DNA from: an uncultured Aliarcobacter sp.
GTDB lineage: Bacteria; Campylobacterota; Campylobacteria; Campylobacterales; Arcobacteraceae
Reading direction: 5' to 3'
DNA length: 64,000 nt
NCBI GenBank assembly: GCA_963677435.1
Contig: OY781945.1
Coordinates: forward strand, 928,001-992,000
The notes below the pieces were generated by a model. That model did no database searches. It had not been told where the DNA came from and worked only from the letters and a program-made list of their open reading frames with translations. Each line of letters begins with the position of its first letter. Position 1 is the stretch's first letter. Of the stretch, positions 1 to 12,665 are shown in pieces. Position numbers and translations under genes: made by a program.

Positions 1-1477
1 AGATTTAGCTCAATTAATTTTTGATTTAAAACAAATCAATCCATTAGCTAAAATTACAGTTAAACTTGTATCTTCAATTGGTGTTGGAACAATTGCAGCA
101 GGTGTTGCAAAAGCTTATGCTGATAAAATTGTTATCTCTGGTGGAGATGGAGGAACAGGAGCTGCTCCTTTAACATCAATCAAACATGCTGGTAATCCTT
201 GGGAAATGGGGCTTTCAGAAGCTCATAATGCTTTAAAAGCAAATAAACTAAGAGAATTCGTTCATGTACAAACTGATGGTGGATTAAAAACAGGTCTTGA
301 TGTTGTAAAAGCAGCAATGCTTGGTGCTGAATCTTATGCATTTGGAACAGCATCTTTAACACTTCTTGGATGTAAAATTTTAAGAATTTGTCATACAAAT
401 AAGTGTTCTGTTGGGGTTGCTACTCAAGATGAAACATTAAGAGATCATTTTACAGGTACGGTTGAAAGATTAATTTCATACTTTACTTTTATTGCAGAAG
501 ATGTAAGAGCAATTCTTGCATCATTGGGTTATAAAACTATTGAAGAAATAGTTGGAAGATCTGATTTATTAAAAGTAATTGATGATAAATTTGCACAAAA
601 ATTTGATTTCCAAAACATTTTAAGAAAAATTGATGGAATTGATACTTGTCAAAAAGATACAAATCCTCCTTTTGATGATAATAAATTTGAAAAAGAGTTA
701 TTGAAAAAAGTTCATAGAACAATAGAAAATCCAAATTCTCCTATAAAAGTTAGTTCAGATATCTCTAACTTAAATAGATCATTTGGTGCTTTAATTTCTG
801 GAGAAATTGCAAGATTTTATGGAGATAAAGGATTACCAGAGAACTCTATTAGTATCAATTTAAAAGGAATTGCTGGTCAATCATTTGGTGCTTTTTTATC
901 AAAAGGTATGAATCTATATCTTGATGGTGCTGCTAATGACTATGTTGGTAAAGGAATGAATGGTGGTAAAATTATCATCAATCCAATCCACCAAGGTAGC
1001 CAATTTGCTGGTGCTGGAAATACATGTTTATATGGTGCAACAGGTGGAAAATTATATATTAGAGCTGCTGTTGGTGAAAGATTTGCTGTAAGAAACTCAG
1101 GAACTATTTCTGTTGTTGAAGGTACAGGAGATAATCCATGTGAGTATATGACAGGTGGAATAGTTGTTATTTTAGGAAACACTGGAATTAACTTTGGTGC
1201 AGGTATGACTGGTGGTTTAGCATTTGTTTACGACCCTGAAAAAACATTTGTTGATAAAATGAATCAAGAACTAATTGAACCTGTTCGTGTTGATACAGAT
1301 GATACAGAGAGAGAAAGATTATATTTAAAAAGATTATTATTAGACTATTTACATGAAACACAAAGTGAAATAGCTGAAGAGATATTACAAAACTTTAGAG
1401 CAGAAATTAGAAATTTCTGGATGATTAAACCTAAAAATATGACAGTGTTACCACTGGATCCGGACAAGGGAGATTAA
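1..1477 (+). CDS. gltB: Glutamate synthase large subunit, C-terminal part (5' end lies outside the window)
   Basis: Frame is open from position 2 (DLAQLIFDLKQINP...), upstream of the track's 206 start; FMN-domain and 3Fe-4S Cys residues (CKILRICHTNKC) and GXGXG C-terminal repeats. Confidence 0.97.
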   Translation, partial: DLAQLIFDLKQINPLAKITVKLVSSIGVGTIAAGVAKAYADKIVISGGDGGTGAAPLTSIKHAGNPWEMGLSEAHNALKANKLREFVHVQTDGGLKTGLDVVKAAMLGAESYAFGTASLTLLGCKILRICHTNKCSVGVATQDETLRDHFTGTVERLISYFTFIAEDVRAILASLGYKTIEEIVGRSDLLKVIDDKFAQKFDFQNILRKIDGIDTCQKDTNPPFDDNKFEKELLKKVHRTIENPNSPIKVSSDISNLNRSFGALISGEIARFYGDKGLPENSISINLKGIAGQSFGAFLSKGMNLYLDGAANDYVGKGMNGGKIIINPIHQGSQFAGAGNTCLYGATGGKLYIRAAVGERFAVRNSGTISVVEGTGDNPCEYMTGGIVVILGNTGINFGAGMTGGLAFVYDPEKTFVDKMNQELIEPVRVDTDDTERERLYLKRLLLDYLHETQSEIAEEILQNFRAEIRNFWMIKPKNMTVLPLDPDKGD

Positions 1478-1481
1478 AGAG

Positions 1482-2855
1482 ATGTTAAACTTTACAAAAT
1501 TTGAAAGAATTAATCCTGAAAAAAGGGATGTACTTCAAAGATTAAAAGATTTCAAAGAGGTATATCAAGTATTTGGAAAACAAAGAGCAACTGAGCAAGC
1601 TGATAGATGTATGCAATGTGGAGATCCATATTGCCATACAGGTTGTCCATTAGGAAACTATATTCCAGCCTGGTTAAAACAAACAGCAACTAAAAATCCA
1701 GATATGGCGTTTGCTTTATCAAATGAAACATCACCTTTTCCAGAAATTCTAGGAAGAATTTGTCCACAAGATGTATTATGTGAGGGCGCATGTTCTTTAA
1801 ATACTGGACATGGTGCAATTTCAATTGGTGCAATTGAAACATTTATTTCAGAAGATGCATTTGAAAAAGGAATGAAACCTAAATTCCCTGAGCATAAAAA
1901 TGACAAAAAAGTTGCTGTTATTGGTTCAGGACCTGCTGGAATTTCTGCTGCAACATTCCTTTTAAGAAAAGGTTTTAATGTTGAAATGTTTGAGCGATCA
2001 GATAGAGGTGGTGGGCTTTTAATGTATGGAATTCCAGGATTTAAGCTTGATAAAACAACAGTTGATAGAAGACTTAATTGGTTATTAGAAGCTGGAATGA
2101 AATTACATACAAATTGTGAGATAGGGAAAGACAAATCTATTTCAGAACTTGAAAAAGATTTTGATGCAATATTTTTAGGTATTGGTGCAACTGCTAGTAA
2201 TGAAGTAAAAATTGAAGGAGAAAAATCTTCAAATGTTCATTTTGCAATTGATTTTTTAACTGGACTTCAAAAAAGAAATCTTGGAAATAAAAATATTGAT
2301 TTCATTGATGTAAAAGATAAAAAAGTTGTTGTAATTGGTGGTGGAGATACTGCTATGGACTGTGTTAGAACATCTGTTAGAGAAGGTGCACATACTGTAA
2401 AATGTCTTTATAGAAGAGATGAAGCAAATATGCCAGGATCTAAAAAAGAAGTTGTTAATGCAAAAGAAGAAGGTGTTGAATTTGTATTTAATGTTTCTCC
2501 TAAATCAATTAAAGTTCAAAATGATTTAGCAATAGCTGTTGAATTATATGAAACTTCAATGAGTGAAGCGGATGCTAGTGGAAGACAAAAAGTTACAATA
2601 ATTGAGGGAAGTGAATATTTAGAAGAAGCTGATATTATAATCTTAGCATTAGGATTCTCTCCTGAAGTTCCAGCATTTTTAAAAGAATTAAATGTTGAAA
2701 CAAATTCATGGGGTGGAATTGTAATTGATTCTAAATTTAAAACTTCAAACAAAAAAGTATATGCTGGTGGAGATTGCCGAAGAGGTGCTCACTTAGCAGT
2801 TACTGCTGCACTTGATGGACGAGAAGCTGCAAAAGCTATTATAAAAGAAATATAA
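1482..2855 (+). CDS. gltD: Glutamate synthase small subunit
   Basis: RCMQCGDPYCHTGCP Fe-S motif, GSGPAG and GGGDTAMD dinucleotide-binding motifs; directly follows gltB. Confidence 0.96.
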   Translation: MLNFTKFERINPEKRDVLQRLKDFKEVYQVFGKQRATEQADRCMQCGDPYCHTGCPLGNYIPAWLKQTATKNPDMAFALSNETSPFPEILGRICPQDVLCEGACSLNTGHGAISIGAIETFISEDAFEKGMKPKFPEHKNDKKVAVIGSGPAGISAATFLLRKGFNVEMFERSDRGGGLLMYGIPGFKLDKTTVDRRLNWLLEAGMKLHTNCEIGKDKSISELEKDFDAIFLGIGATASNEVKIEGEKSSNVHFAIDFLTGLQKRNLGNKNIDFIDVKDKKVVVIGGGDTAMDCVRTSVREGAHTVKCLYRRDEANMPGSKKEVVNAKEEGVEFVFNVSPKSIKVQNDLAIAVELYETSMSEADASGRQKVTIIEGSEYLEEADIIILALGFSPEVPAFLKELNVETNSWGGIVIDSKFKTSNKKVYAGGDCRRGAHLAVTAALDGREAAKAIIKEI

Positions 2856-2861
2856 AAATAA

Positions 2862-3617
2862 ATGAATACTAAACTTACAGCCTTATATAAAGAGAATTTT
2901 ATAAAGGCTGTAATCCTTGCAAATAAAAAACTCTTTACTTACTTAAATACAAATCTAACTTTAAATGATTATGAATACACAAATACAATAGGTTTTGGTG
3001 GAGATAATTCTTTAATGATGGATTTAATTGCAGAAAATATTTTTATAGAATTTTTAGAAGAATTTGGGAATATTTACTCAGAAGAGTGTGGTTTAAAAAC
3101 TACAAATAAAGAGTGTACAATTATTATAGATCCAATAGATGGAAGTAACAATTTTTATTCTAAATTACCTTATTATGGATCTTCCGTAGCTTTGCAAAAA
3201 GATGGAATTACAATTGCTGGATTTGTTACAAATTTAGCAACGGGTATTATTACTTATCGAGCATTTGATAGTGAAATTAAATATTTTTCACTTTTAGAAG
3301 ACAAAGAAATAATGCCTGTTATATTATCAAAAACAAAGATTTCTATTTTTGAAAGAGCATATGATTATCCTGAGATTTGTCAAAAATTATATGAAAATAA
3401 GATAAAATTTAGAATATTAGGTGCAGTTGCTTTGTCTTTAACTGATGCCATAAATTATGATTTTGTATTGTATTTTGGGAATATAAGAGAGTTTGATGTG
3501 GCAGCTGCTTTGTATATTAATAAAGATTTTTTCATTTATAAAACCGATGAATCATTACTCATAACAAAAAATAAACAAAAATTTGATTTAATTAAAGAAA
3601 TAATTAATGAATTTTAG
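2862..3617 (+). CDS. Inositol monophosphatase / FIG-superfamily phosphatase
   Basis: SEE, IIDPIDGS and DVAAA metal-binding motifs. Confidence 0.85.
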   Translation: MNTKLTALYKENFIKAVILANKKLFTYLNTNLTLNDYEYTNTIGFGGDNSLMMDLIAENIFIEFLEEFGNIYSEECGLKTTNKECTIIIDPIDGSNNFYSKLPYYGSSVALQKDGITIAGFVTNLATGIITYRAFDSEIKYFSLLEDKEIMPVILSKTKISIFERAYDYPEICQKLYENKIKFRILGAVALSLTDAINYDFVLYFGNIREFDVAAALYINKDFFIYKTDESLLITKNKQKFDLIKEIINEF

Positions 3618-3649
3618 GTTATAACTCCAAGATAAATAAATTACACTAG

Positions 3650-3915
<266 letters not shown>

Positions 3916-3916
<1 letters not shown>

Positions 3917-5382
3917 TGTCTAAAGTAACAACTATTATCGACATTGGGTCTAACTCAATGCGAATGGTTGTATTACAAAAAAGTAGTAGGTTTGCATTTA
4001 GTTTAATAAATGAAACAAAAAGTAGAGTTAAAATTTCTGAAGGTTGTTATGAAAATAACGGAAACCTACAAGAGATTCCTATGCAAAGAGCATATGAATC
4101 TTTAAAATCTTTTTTAAATATATCTAAATCGTTAAAATCAAGAAAAATTATTTGTGTTGCAACATCAGCTTTAAGGGATGCTCCAAATTCTAATGTGTTT
4201 ATTTCTAGAATCTCAAAAGATTTAGGATTAAATATTAAAGTAATTGATGGAGAAAAAGAGGCTTATTATGGTGGCGTTGCTGCTTTAAATTTACTTCATG
4301 AGGATACTTTTGTAACTGTTGATATTGGTGGAGGTTCTACTGAATTTTGTTTTGTAAAAGATGGAAAGGTAGAAAAATCAATATCTTTAAATATAGGTAC
4401 TGTTAGAATAAAAGAACTTTATTTTAATAAAAATGATATTGAAGGTGCAAGAAAAAATATCTTAGATAATTTAAAAAGTATTTTTGAATTAGATATTGTA
4501 ATTCCTAAAAAAGTTGTAGGAATTGGTGGAAGTATAAGAGCCTTATCTAAAATAGTAATGTCAAATAATGACTATCCTTTGGATATTCTTCATGGTTATA
4601 CTTATAAAGTAAAAAAAGAATCTTTTTTGTTTGGACAAATTATTGAAGCCCGAAACAATGATGAATTGAAATCATTAGGAGTAAAAAAAGATAGATTTGA
4701 TACGATAAAAGAGGGTGCTTTTATATTTAAAACTATTTTAGATGAACTTAACATTAGTGAAGTTATAACTTCAGGAGCTGGAGTTAGAGAAGGTGTTTAT
4801 TTAACTGATGTATTAAGAAATTGTAATCATAAATTTCCTGCTAATTTTAATGTTAGTGTTAGATCTTTACTTGATAGATTTCAAATCGATGAAAAACAAA
4901 GTGCTTTCATGGGAAATAATGCAAGTAAAATTTTTGATGTGTTAAAGCCTTTACATAATTTAGATAATAAATTTAGAACGCTTCTTATAATTGCATCTAA
5001 ACTTCACTCTATTGGTTCAACACTTAACTTTTATAAATCAAATGATAATGCATTTGATTTTATATTAAATGGCTTAAATTATGATTTTTTACATACTTCA
5101 AGGGTTGTTGTAGCTCATACAATTAAATTTTCTAAAAAATCTCTTCCATCAAGAAGTGATATTTTAAAATATCAAGAGCTTTTACCATCTTTAGAAGTAA
5201 TGCAATGGATGTCTTTTATGATTTCACTTAATATTGCAATTAATCAAGATTTATCAAGACCAAAAGTTGAATATACACTTGATAATGATACATTAAAAAT
5301 AAATTTATCTAATAAATCATTTTTAATTCAATCAAATATCGATAAATTGGAAAGTCCTGAAGATTTAAGTATCGAGATTTAG
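3916..5382 (+). CDS. ppx: Ppx/GppA family phosphatase
   Basis: IDIGSNSMR, ATSALRDA, DIGGGSTE and GVREG motifs. Confidence 0.92.
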
Positions 5383-5384
5383 TG

Positions 5385-6392
5385 ATGAATGAAGTAGTTT
5401 ATAAAAGAATTGCAGTTGTTAAACTATCTGCAATGGGTGATATTATACATGCAATGGTAGCTTTACAATTCATAAAAAAAAGATTTCCAAATTTGATAAT
5501 TGATTGGTTTGTTGAAAAAAGTTTTTCAGAAATTTTAAATAATAATCCAGATATTGACAATGTTTATGAATTAAATTTAAAATCTCTTAAAAAAGATAAG
5601 TTTAAGATATTTGAGCAAATTAAACTAATAAGGAATTATTCTAAAAATAATTATGATTTAGTTATAGATGCTCAAGGTTTGCTCAAATCAGCAATTGTTT
5701 CAAAACTATTAGGAAAAAATATTGCAGGTTTTGGTAAAAACTCAATACGAGAAAAACTTGCATCATTCTTTTATAATATAAAAGTTGACATTGCTTATGA
5801 TGAAAATACAATAGATAGAAACTGTAAGATATTATCTACTCCTTTAGGATTTGATATTAATTCAGAGGATATTATAAATAAAGAGGCATTTTTATTTTAT
5901 GATAATAACAATATGGTGGATAATTATTTATCTACAGATAAAAAAAATATTATATTTGTTGTCGGTTCAACTTGGGAAAGTAGAAATTATCCTAAAGAAA
6001 AATTTGCACAATTAGCAAATGCTTTAAAAGAAAATATTATAATTGTCTGGGGAAATGAAGATGAAAGATCTAAAGCAGATTTTATTTCAAGCCATTCTAT
6101 TTATGCAAATGTTTCTGCTAAATTATCATTGAATAATTTAAAATATTTAATCTCAAAATCAGATTTATTAATCGGTAATGATACTGGACCTACTCATATT
6201 GCATGGGGATTAAATATTCCATCAATTACAATTTTTGGACCAACACCTATTAATAGAGTCTATCAAACAAATATAAATAAAGTTATAAAATCAAATTCAA
6301 TTGTTAATCCTTTTAAACTTAATAAAAATGACTTTTCAATTAATGATATTGAAGTTGATGATATTTTAAAATTAGTAAAGAGTTTATTATGA
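5385..6392 (+). CDS. waaC: Lipopolysaccharide heptosyltransferase I (GT9)
   Basis: VKLSAMGDIIH, DAQGLLKSA, GNDTGPTH; adjacent to lipid A acyltransferase as in other Campylobacterota. ATG at 5385 preferred over GTG at 5382. Confidence 0.9.
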   Translation: MNEVVYKRIAVVKLSAMGDIIHAMVALQFIKKRFPNLIIDWFVEKSFSEILNNNPDIDNVYELNLKSLKKDKFKIFEQIKLIRNYSKNNYDLVIDAQGLLKSAIVSKLLGKNIAGFGKNSIREKLASFFYNIKVDIAYDENTIDRNCKILSTPLGFDINSEDIINKEAFLFYDNNNMVDNYLSTDKKNIIFVVGSTWESRNYPKEKFAQLANALKENIIIVWGNEDERSKADFISSHSIYANVSAKLSLNNLKYLISKSDLLIGNDTGPTHIAWGLNIPSITIFGPTPINRVYQTNINKVIKSNSIVNPFKLNKNDFSINDIEVDDILKLVKSLL

Positions 6393-7285
6393 TAGATTAT
6401 ATATATTTAACAATATTTTATATCTTTAGATTTATTATTAAAAATACACCTAGATTTATACTTAGTTCTTTTATCACATTATTGTCTTTTTTAATTTTTA
6501 AAATTGATAAAAAACATAGAAAAATTGCAAAAGTAAATTTAGATTTGGCTTTCGAATCAAAATATAGTGAAAATGAAAAAACTGATATTATAAAAAAATG
6601 TTATAAAAACTTGTTATTTGTATTAGCTGATTTTGTTAAGAATCAAGGTTCAACAAAAGAAGAAATATTAGAAAAAATCACATTTAAAAATGAAGATATT
6701 TTAACAGGTTATTTAAAACAAAATAAAAAAATAATTATGATTACAGCACATTATGGTAATTGGGAATTATTATCTTTAGCTGTTGCTGCTAAATTTATGC
6801 CTTTATCTATTGTTGGTAGAGACTTAGATTCAAAAGTTATGAATAAAATTTTACTAAAAAATAGAGAACAATTTGATATTGAAATTTTAAGTAAATCTGG
6901 TGCTATGAAAGGTATGATTAAGGCTTTAAAAAGTAATAGACCTATTGGTTTACTTGTTGATCAAAATACTAAAAGTAATGAAGGTGAACTTATAGATTTC
7001 TTTTCAAAAAAAGCTAGACATACCCCATCTGCTGCATTATTAGCAAAAAAATTCGATGCTGTTATTATTCCTGCGTTTATTGCTACTGCTGATGATCATA
7101 AAACATATGAAATTAGTTTTTATGAACCAATTTTTTATGATGAAGGAGATGATGAAGATTCTTTAATTCGATGTGTACAAGCACAAGCTGATATTACACA
7201 AAAAATAATTGAGAAAAAACCTGATGAATGGTTCTGGCTTCATCAAAGATGGAAAAATCAATATGAAGATTTATATAAAAATTAA
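6389..7285 (+). CDS. lpxL: Lipid A biosynthesis late acyltransferase (LpxL/HtrB family)
   Basis: TAHYGNWE, LVDQN and WFWLHQRWK motifs. Confidence 0.9.
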   Translation: MIDYIYLTIFYIFRFIIKNTPRFILSSFITLLSFLIFKIDKKHRKIAKVNLDLAFESKYSENEKTDIIKKCYKNLLFVLADFVKNQGSTKEEILEKITFKNEDILTGYLKQNKKIIMITAHYGNWELLSLAVAAKFMPLSIVGRDLDSKVMNKILLKNREQFDIEILSKSGAMKGMIKALKSNRPIGLLVDQNTKSNEGELIDFFSKKARHTPSAALLAKKFDAVIIPAFIATADDHKTYEISFYEPIFYDEGDDEDSLIRCVQAQADITQKIIEKKPDEWFWLHQRWKNQYEDLYKN

Positions 7286-7349
7286 TTAAACTAGCTTGTA
7301 AGATAAACTTAGATATTATTGCTATTTATAAATTAAATTAGGGATAAGA

Positions 7350-8516
7350 ATGAAGATAGCCATAGCAGGGACAGGATATGTTGGATTGTCAAATGGTATT
7401 TTACTTTCACAACATAATGAAGTAATAGCACTTGATATAATCGCTTCAAAAGTTGAGATGATAAATAATAAGAAATCGCCAATTGAAGATAAAGAAATTG
7501 AAGAGTATCTTTTAAAAGATGATCTAAATTTTAAAGCAACATTAGATAAAAATGAAGCATATAAAGATGCAGTATATGTAATAATTGCAACTCCAACTGA
7601 TTATGATCCAGAAACAAACTATTTTAATACAAAATCTGTTGAAGCTGTGATAAAAGATGTTTTAGAAATAAATCCAAATGCAGTAATGGTAATAAAATCT
7701 ACAATTCCAGTAGGTTATACAAAAAGTTTAAGAGAAAAATATAATACAAAAAATATTATTTTTTCTCCTGAGTTTTTAAGAGAAGGAAAAGCATTATTTG
7801 ATAATTTATATCCTAGTAGAATTATTGTGGGTGAACAAAGTGATAGAGCTACAACATTTGCAAACTTACTAGCTCAAGGTGCTATAAAAAAAGATATTTC
7901 AATTCTTTTTACAGATTCAACAGAAGCAGAAGCTATAAAATTGTTTTCAAATACTTATTTGGCAATGAGAGTAGCATATTTTAATGAACTTGATTCTTAT
8001 GCCCAAACTCATAATTTAGATAGTAAACAAATTATTGAGGGTGTTGGATTAGACCCACGAATAGGAAACCATTATAATAATCCAAGCTTTGGATATGGTG
8101 GATATTGTTTACCAAAAGATACAAAACAACTTCTAGCGAATTATGCAGAAGTTCCAAGTAATCTAATCGAAGCAATTGTAAAATCAAACTCAACAAGAAA
8201 AGATTTTATTGCAGATAGTATTATTGCAAGAAAACCAAAAATAGTTGGTGTTTATAGACTTATTATGAAAAGTGGCAGTGATAATTTTAGAAGCTCAGCA
8301 ATTCAAGGAATAATGAAACGAATAAAAGCAAAAGGTATAGAAGTAGTAGTTTATGAACCTGTATTAAGTGAAGATGAATTTTTTCATTCAAGAGTAATAA
8401 AAGATTTAGAAGAGTTCAAAAAAATATCAGATGTAATAGTTGCAAATAGATTAAGTGATAAACTAAAAGATGTTGAAGCAAAAGTTTATACAAGAGATAT
8501 TTTTGGAAATGACTAA
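7350..8516 (+). CDS. ugd: UDP-glucose 6-dehydrogenase
   Basis: [15 protein letters not shown] and catalytic [10 protein letters not shown]; 388 aa. Confidence 0.95.
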   Translation: MKIAIAGTGYVGLSNGILLSQHNEVIALDIIASKVEMINNKKSPIEDKEIEEYLLKDDLNFKATLDKNEAYKDAVYVIIATPTDYDPETNYFNTKSVEAVIKDVLEINPNAVMVIKSTIPVGYTKSLREKYNTKNIIFSPEFLREGKALFDNLYPSRIIVGEQSDRATTFANLLAQGAIKKDISILFTDSTEAEAIKLFSNTYLAMRVAYFNELDSYAQTHNLDSKQIIEGVGLDPRIGNHYNNPSFGYGGYCLPKDTKQLLANYAEVPSNLIEAIVKSNSTRKDFIADSIIARKPKIVGVYRLIMKSGSDNFRSSAIQGIMKRIKAKGIEVVVYEPVLSEDEFFHSRVIKDLEEFKKISDVIVANRLSDKLKDVEAKVYTRDIFGND

Positions 8517-9216
8517 TAATAAACTATCTATAGTAATAATTACTAAAAATGAAGAAAACTTTATTTCAGATGCAATAAAATCATCATTATTTGCAGATGA
8601 AGTGTTAATTCTTGATAGTGGGTCTATAGATAAAACATGTGAAATAGCAGAAGAATTAGGTGCAAAGGTTTATTCTCAAGAATGGCTGGGATTTGGCCCT
8701 CAAAAAAATAAGGCTATTTCATTGGCAAAAAATGATTGGGTTTTTGTTTTAGATAGTGATGAAAGAATCAATGAAGAATTAAAAATGGAAATTTTAAATA
8801 TCTTGGAAAATCCAAAAGAATCTGGATATTTTGTTGCAAGATTAAATAAATTTTTTGGTAAAGATATAAAAACTTGTGGTTTATATCCAGATTATTCTAT
8901 TCGATTATTTAATAAAACAAAAGCAAAATTTAATGAAGTAAGCGTTCATGAAAGTGTTCAGTTAAAATCAAATGTAGGACATCTAAAAAATCACATGATT
9001 CATTTAGCATATAATAGTATAGAAGAATTTATTCAAAAACAAAATAGATATTCATCTTTAAATCATAAAAAAAAGTCAATAGTAAAAGCTATAATAAATC
9101 CATATTGGACTTTTTTTAAATTATTCATTTTAAAAAAAGGTTTTTTAGATGGCTGGCATGGTTATGTAATATCAAAACTCTATGCGCAATACACATTTTG
9201 GAAATATATAAAATAA
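8509..9216 (+). CDS. GT2 glycosyltransferase, WaaE/KdtX-like core beta-1,4-glucosyltransferase
   Basis: [42 protein letters not shown] at 8509 overlaps the ugd end. Confidence 0.85.
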   Translation: MTNNKLSIVIITKNEENFISDAIKSSLFADEVLILDSGSIDKTCEIAEELGAKVYSQEWLGFGPQKNKAISLAKNDWVFVLDSDERINEELKMEILNILENPKESGYFVARLNKFFGKDIKTCGLYPDYSIRLFNKTKAKFNEVSVHESVQLKSNVGHLKNHMIHLAYNSIEEFIQKQNRYSSLNHKKKSIVKAIINPYWTFFKLFILKKGFLDGWHGYVISKLYAQYTFWKYIK

Positions 9217-9237
9217 GATAATAGGAAAAAATTAAAC

Positions 9238-10311
9238 ATGAAAATACTAATAACAGGGACAGCAGGATTCATAGGGAGTCACCTAGCAAAAAAACTTCTT
9301 GAAAGAGGAGATGAAATTGTTGGACTTGATAATATAAATGACTACTATGACCAAAATGTGAAATATGGAAGACTTCAAAGAGGTGGAATTATTGATACTC
9401 TTGAAGATGGAAAAGATATACCATATGGAAAATTACTTGTTTCTAAAATAAACTCTAAATATAAATTCATTAAATTAAATCTTGAAGATAAAGATGCAAT
9501 GATGAATCTTTTTAAAGAAGAAAAATTTGATGCAGTTTGTAATCTAGCAGCACAAGCAGGAGTTAGATATTCTCTCACAAATCCAGATGCATATATGGAT
9601 AGTAATATTATAGGATTTATGAATATTCTTGAATCTTGTAGACATAATAATGTAAAAAATCTATCTTATGCTAGTAGCTCATCTGTATATGGATTAAATG
9701 AAGAGTTGCCTTTTTCTACAAATCATGATGTTTCTCACCCAATATCACTGTACGCAGCAAGTAAAAAAGCTAATGAACTTATGGCTCATACCTATAGTCA
9801 TCTTTTTGATATTTCAACTACAGGACTTAGATTTTTCACAGTTTATGGACCTTGGGGAAGACCAGATATGGCATTGTTTCTTTTCACAAAAGCTGCACTT
9901 GAGGGAAATAAAATTGATGTGTTTAATAATGGTGAAATGTTAAGAGATTTTACTTATATAGATGATATTGTTGAGGGTGTAATAAGAGTTATAGATAACC
10001 CAGCAAAAAAAGATGAATCTTGGAATGGAAAAACAGGACAAGTATCAACTTCAAGTGCTCCATATAAAATATATAATATAGGAAATAATAATCCTGTAAA
10101 ATTAATGGATTTTATAGAAGCTATTGAAAATAAATTAGGTAAAACTATAGAAAAGAATTTTCTGCCAATGCAAGCAGGTGATGTACCAGCTACCTTTGCA
10201 GATGTTAGTGATTTAATAGAAGATTTAGGATATAAACCTCAAACACCCGTGCAAGATGGTATCAATAATTTTATAGATTGGTATTTAGAATTTTTTGAAT
10301 ATGACAAATAA
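9238..10311 (+). CDS. NAD-dependent epimerase, UDP-glucuronate 4-epimerase type (Uge/WbnF-like)
   Basis: [23 protein letters not shown] and GPWGRPDMA motifs. Confidence 0.9.
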   Translation: MKILITGTAGFIGSHLAKKLLERGDEIVGLDNINDYYDQNVKYGRLQRGGIIDTLEDGKDIPYGKLLVSKINSKYKFIKLNLEDKDAMMNLFKEEKFDAVCNLAAQAGVRYSLTNPDAYMDSNIIGFMNILESCRHNNVKNLSYASSSSVYGLNEELPFSTNHDVSHPISLYAASKKANELMAHTYSHLFDISTTGLRFFTVYGPWGRPDMALFLFTKAALEGNKIDVFNNGEMLRDFTYIDDIVEGVIRVIDNPAKKDESWNGKTGQVSTSSAPYKIYNIGNNNPVKLMDFIEAIENKLGKTIEKNFLPMQAGDVPATFADVSDLIEDLGYKPQTPVQDGINNFIDWYLEFFEYDK

Positions 10312-10327
10312 GTAGGGAATTTAAATA

Positions 10328-11575
10328 ATGAATAAAATCTGTGTAATTGGTCTTGGATATGTAGGACTTCCTTTAGCTCACGCTTTTTCAGAAAAATATG
10401 AAGTAGTAGGATTTGATATCTCTAAATGGAGAATTGATGAATTATCATCTGGTTATGATAGAACTTTAGAATTATCAAAAGATCAAGTAAATGATGCTAT
10501 AAAAAATAATATGAAATTTACATTGGATATTAATGATATAAAAGATTGTAATATTTATATTATAACAGTTCCAACACCTATTGATAAAAATAAAAGACCT
10601 GACTTAACACCTTTAATAAAAGCTAGTGAAACAGTAGGAAAAGTATTAAAAAAAGATGATATTGTAATCTATGAATCAACTGTGTACCCAGGAGCTACAG
10701 AAGAAGAGTGTGTTCCTGTTCTTGAAAAATTCTCTAATTTAAAGTTTAATGTAGACTTCTTCTGTGGTTATAGCCCAGAGAGAATTAATCCAGGTGATAA
10801 AGAACATACTGTTACAAAAATTCTAAAAGTAACTTCTGGTTCAACTGCACAAATTGGTCAAAAAGTAAATGAATTGTATGCAAGTATTATAACAGCAGGT
10901 ACTCACTTGGCTCCAACAATAAAAGTAGCAGAAGCAGCTAAAGTAATAGAGAATTCTCAAAGAGATATAAATATCGCATTCGTAAATGAATTGGCAATCA
11001 TTTTTAATAAATTAGGAATCAATACAAATGATGTTCTTGAAGCTGCTGGAACAAAATGGAATTTTTTACCATTTAGACCAGGATTAGTTGGTGGTCACTG
11101 TATTGGTGTAGATCCATATTATCTAACTCATAAAGCTCAACAAGTAGGATATAACCCAGAAATCATCCTAGCTGGTAGAAGATTAAATGATAATATGGGA
11201 ATCTATGTAGCTAATCAAGTAATTAAACTAATGATAAAAAAAGGTCATAAAATAGAGGGTTCAAAAGTACTTGTGCTTGGAATTACTTTTAAAGAGAATT
11301 GCCCAGATATAAGAAACTCAAGAGTAATAGATGTAATAGAAGAACTAAAAGAGTTTGGCTGTGAGATTGATGTGTATGATCCATGGGCAGATAAAGATGA
11401 AGTAAAACATGAATATAATTTAGAATTAATAAAAGAACTAAATAGTTCAAAATATGAAGCAGTAGTATTAGCAGTTGCACATAATGAGTTTAAGAAACTT
11501 GATATAAAACCGACACAAGATACAGTTGTATATGATATTAAATCTATTTTAGTTGATACTGACGGAAGGTTATAG
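10328..11575 (+). CDS. UDP-N-acetylhexosamine C-6 dehydrogenase (TviB/WbpO-like)
   Basis: [33 protein letters not shown] and TFKENCPD motifs. Confidence 0.9.
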   Translation: MNKICVIGLGYVGLPLAHAFSEKYEVVGFDISKWRIDELSSGYDRTLELSKDQVNDAIKNNMKFTLDINDIKDCNIYIITVPTPIDKNKRPDLTPLIKASETVGKVLKKDDIVIYESTVYPGATEEECVPVLEKFSNLKFNVDFFCGYSPERINPGDKEHTVTKILKVTSGSTAQIGQKVNELYASIITAGTHLAPTIKVAEAAKVIENSQRDINIAFVNELAIIFNKLGINTNDVLEAAGTKWNFLPFRPGLVGGHCIGVDPYYLTHKAQQVGYNPEIILAGRRLNDNMGIYVANQVIKLMIKKGHKIEGSKVLVLGITFKENCPDIRNSRVIDVIEELKEFGCEIDVYDPWADKDEVKHEYNLELIKELNSSKYEAVVLAVAHNEFKKLDIKPTQDTVVYDIKSILVDTDGRL

Positions 11576-11579
11576 TTTT

Positions 11580-12665
11580 TTGAAAATATTAATAATGAAA
11601 TTTAGAAATATTGGAGATGTTTTATTAACTACACCTTTAATTAAAAATCTGAAATTAAATTATCCAGATTCTTTAATTGATATTGCAGTAAATAAAGGTT
11701 GTGAAGATATGGTTACTTTAAATCCATCTCTAAATGATGTAATTATTTATGATAGAAATAAAATAAAAAAGCAAAGTATTTTAAAAAGATTAAAAGATGA
11801 ATTCTCTTTTGCCTACAAAATTAGAAAAAATAAATATGATTTAATTATTAATACTACAAAAGGTGATAGAGGAGCTCAATTAGCACTTATCAGTGGAGCA
11901 AAAACTAAAATAGGTTATGAATCTAATAGTAAATTTGACAAAATTTTTGATATATATTTACCTAAGCAAGGTTTTAGACATACATTAGAGATGGATTTAG
12001 ATACATTAAAGGCTTTAGAATTAGAAACTTTTGAAAAAAAAGTTGAAATATTTTGGTCAGAAAAAGATGAAGAAAAAGTAAAAGAGATTTTGTCTAAGCA
12101 TAATTTAGAAAATCAAGATTTTATTCATATTCACCCTGTATCTAGATGGTTGTTTAAATGTATAAATGATAAAACAATGGCAAGTATAATTGACTTTTGT
12201 GAATTAGAATTAAATAAAAGAGTTATCTTAACTGCAGCTCCCATAAATGAAGAGATGGATAAACTAAGTTCTATTATGAATTTATGTAAAAGTAAACCTT
12301 TGAACTTTGGAGGATTATTTACTTTGAAGCAAACAGCTTGTTTGAATAAAAAAGCTAAAGCTTTTATTGGAGTTGATACCTCAATAATGCACATAAGTGC
12401 TGCAAATGATATTCCTGTTTTAGCATTTTTTGGACCAAGCGGAACAGATCATTGGGGACCTTGGGATAATGAATGTTTTGAAAGCGGATATACAAAAAGA
12501 AATGGTTATCAAAAAATGGGTAAACATAGAGTTATTGCTGAATCAAGAGATTGCCAACCTTGTGGAAAAGATGGTTGTAATGGTTCAAAAATAAGTGATT
12601 GTTTAATGAATTTAGATATGCAGTTAATTAAAAATAATATAAATGAGATGGTATTAAATGATTAA
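11580..12665 (+). CDS. Putative heptosyltransferase III (RfaQ/WaaQ-like, GT9)
   Basis: KFRNIGDVLLTTP, HPVSRWLFKC, GVDTSIMH, FGPS...WGPW; TTG at 11580 fits the family N-terminus. Confidence 0.8.
   Translation: MKILIMKFRNIGDVLLTTPLIKNLKLNYPDSLIDIAVNKGCEDMVTLNPSLNDVIIYDRNKIKKQSILKRLKDEFSFAYKIRKNKYDLIINTTKGDRGAQLALISGAKTKIGYESNSKFDKIFDIYLPKQGFRHTLEMDLDTLKALELETFEKKVEIFWSEKDEEKVKEILSKHNLENQDFIHIHPVSRWLFKCINDKTMASIIDFCELELNKRVILTAAPINEEMDKLSSIMNLCKSKPLNFGGLFTLKQTACLNKKAKAFIGVDTSIMHISAANDIPVLAFFGPSGTDHWGPWDNECFESGYTKRNGYQKMGKHRVIAESRDCQPCGKDGCNGSKISDCLMNLDMQLIKNNINEMVLND

Noticed and set aside
180..2752. Short antisense ORFs over gltB/gltD, and similar ones over gmhA, argJ, feoB, GH17 and proA
   Set aside because: Shadow frames of well-supported genes with no recognisable motifs.
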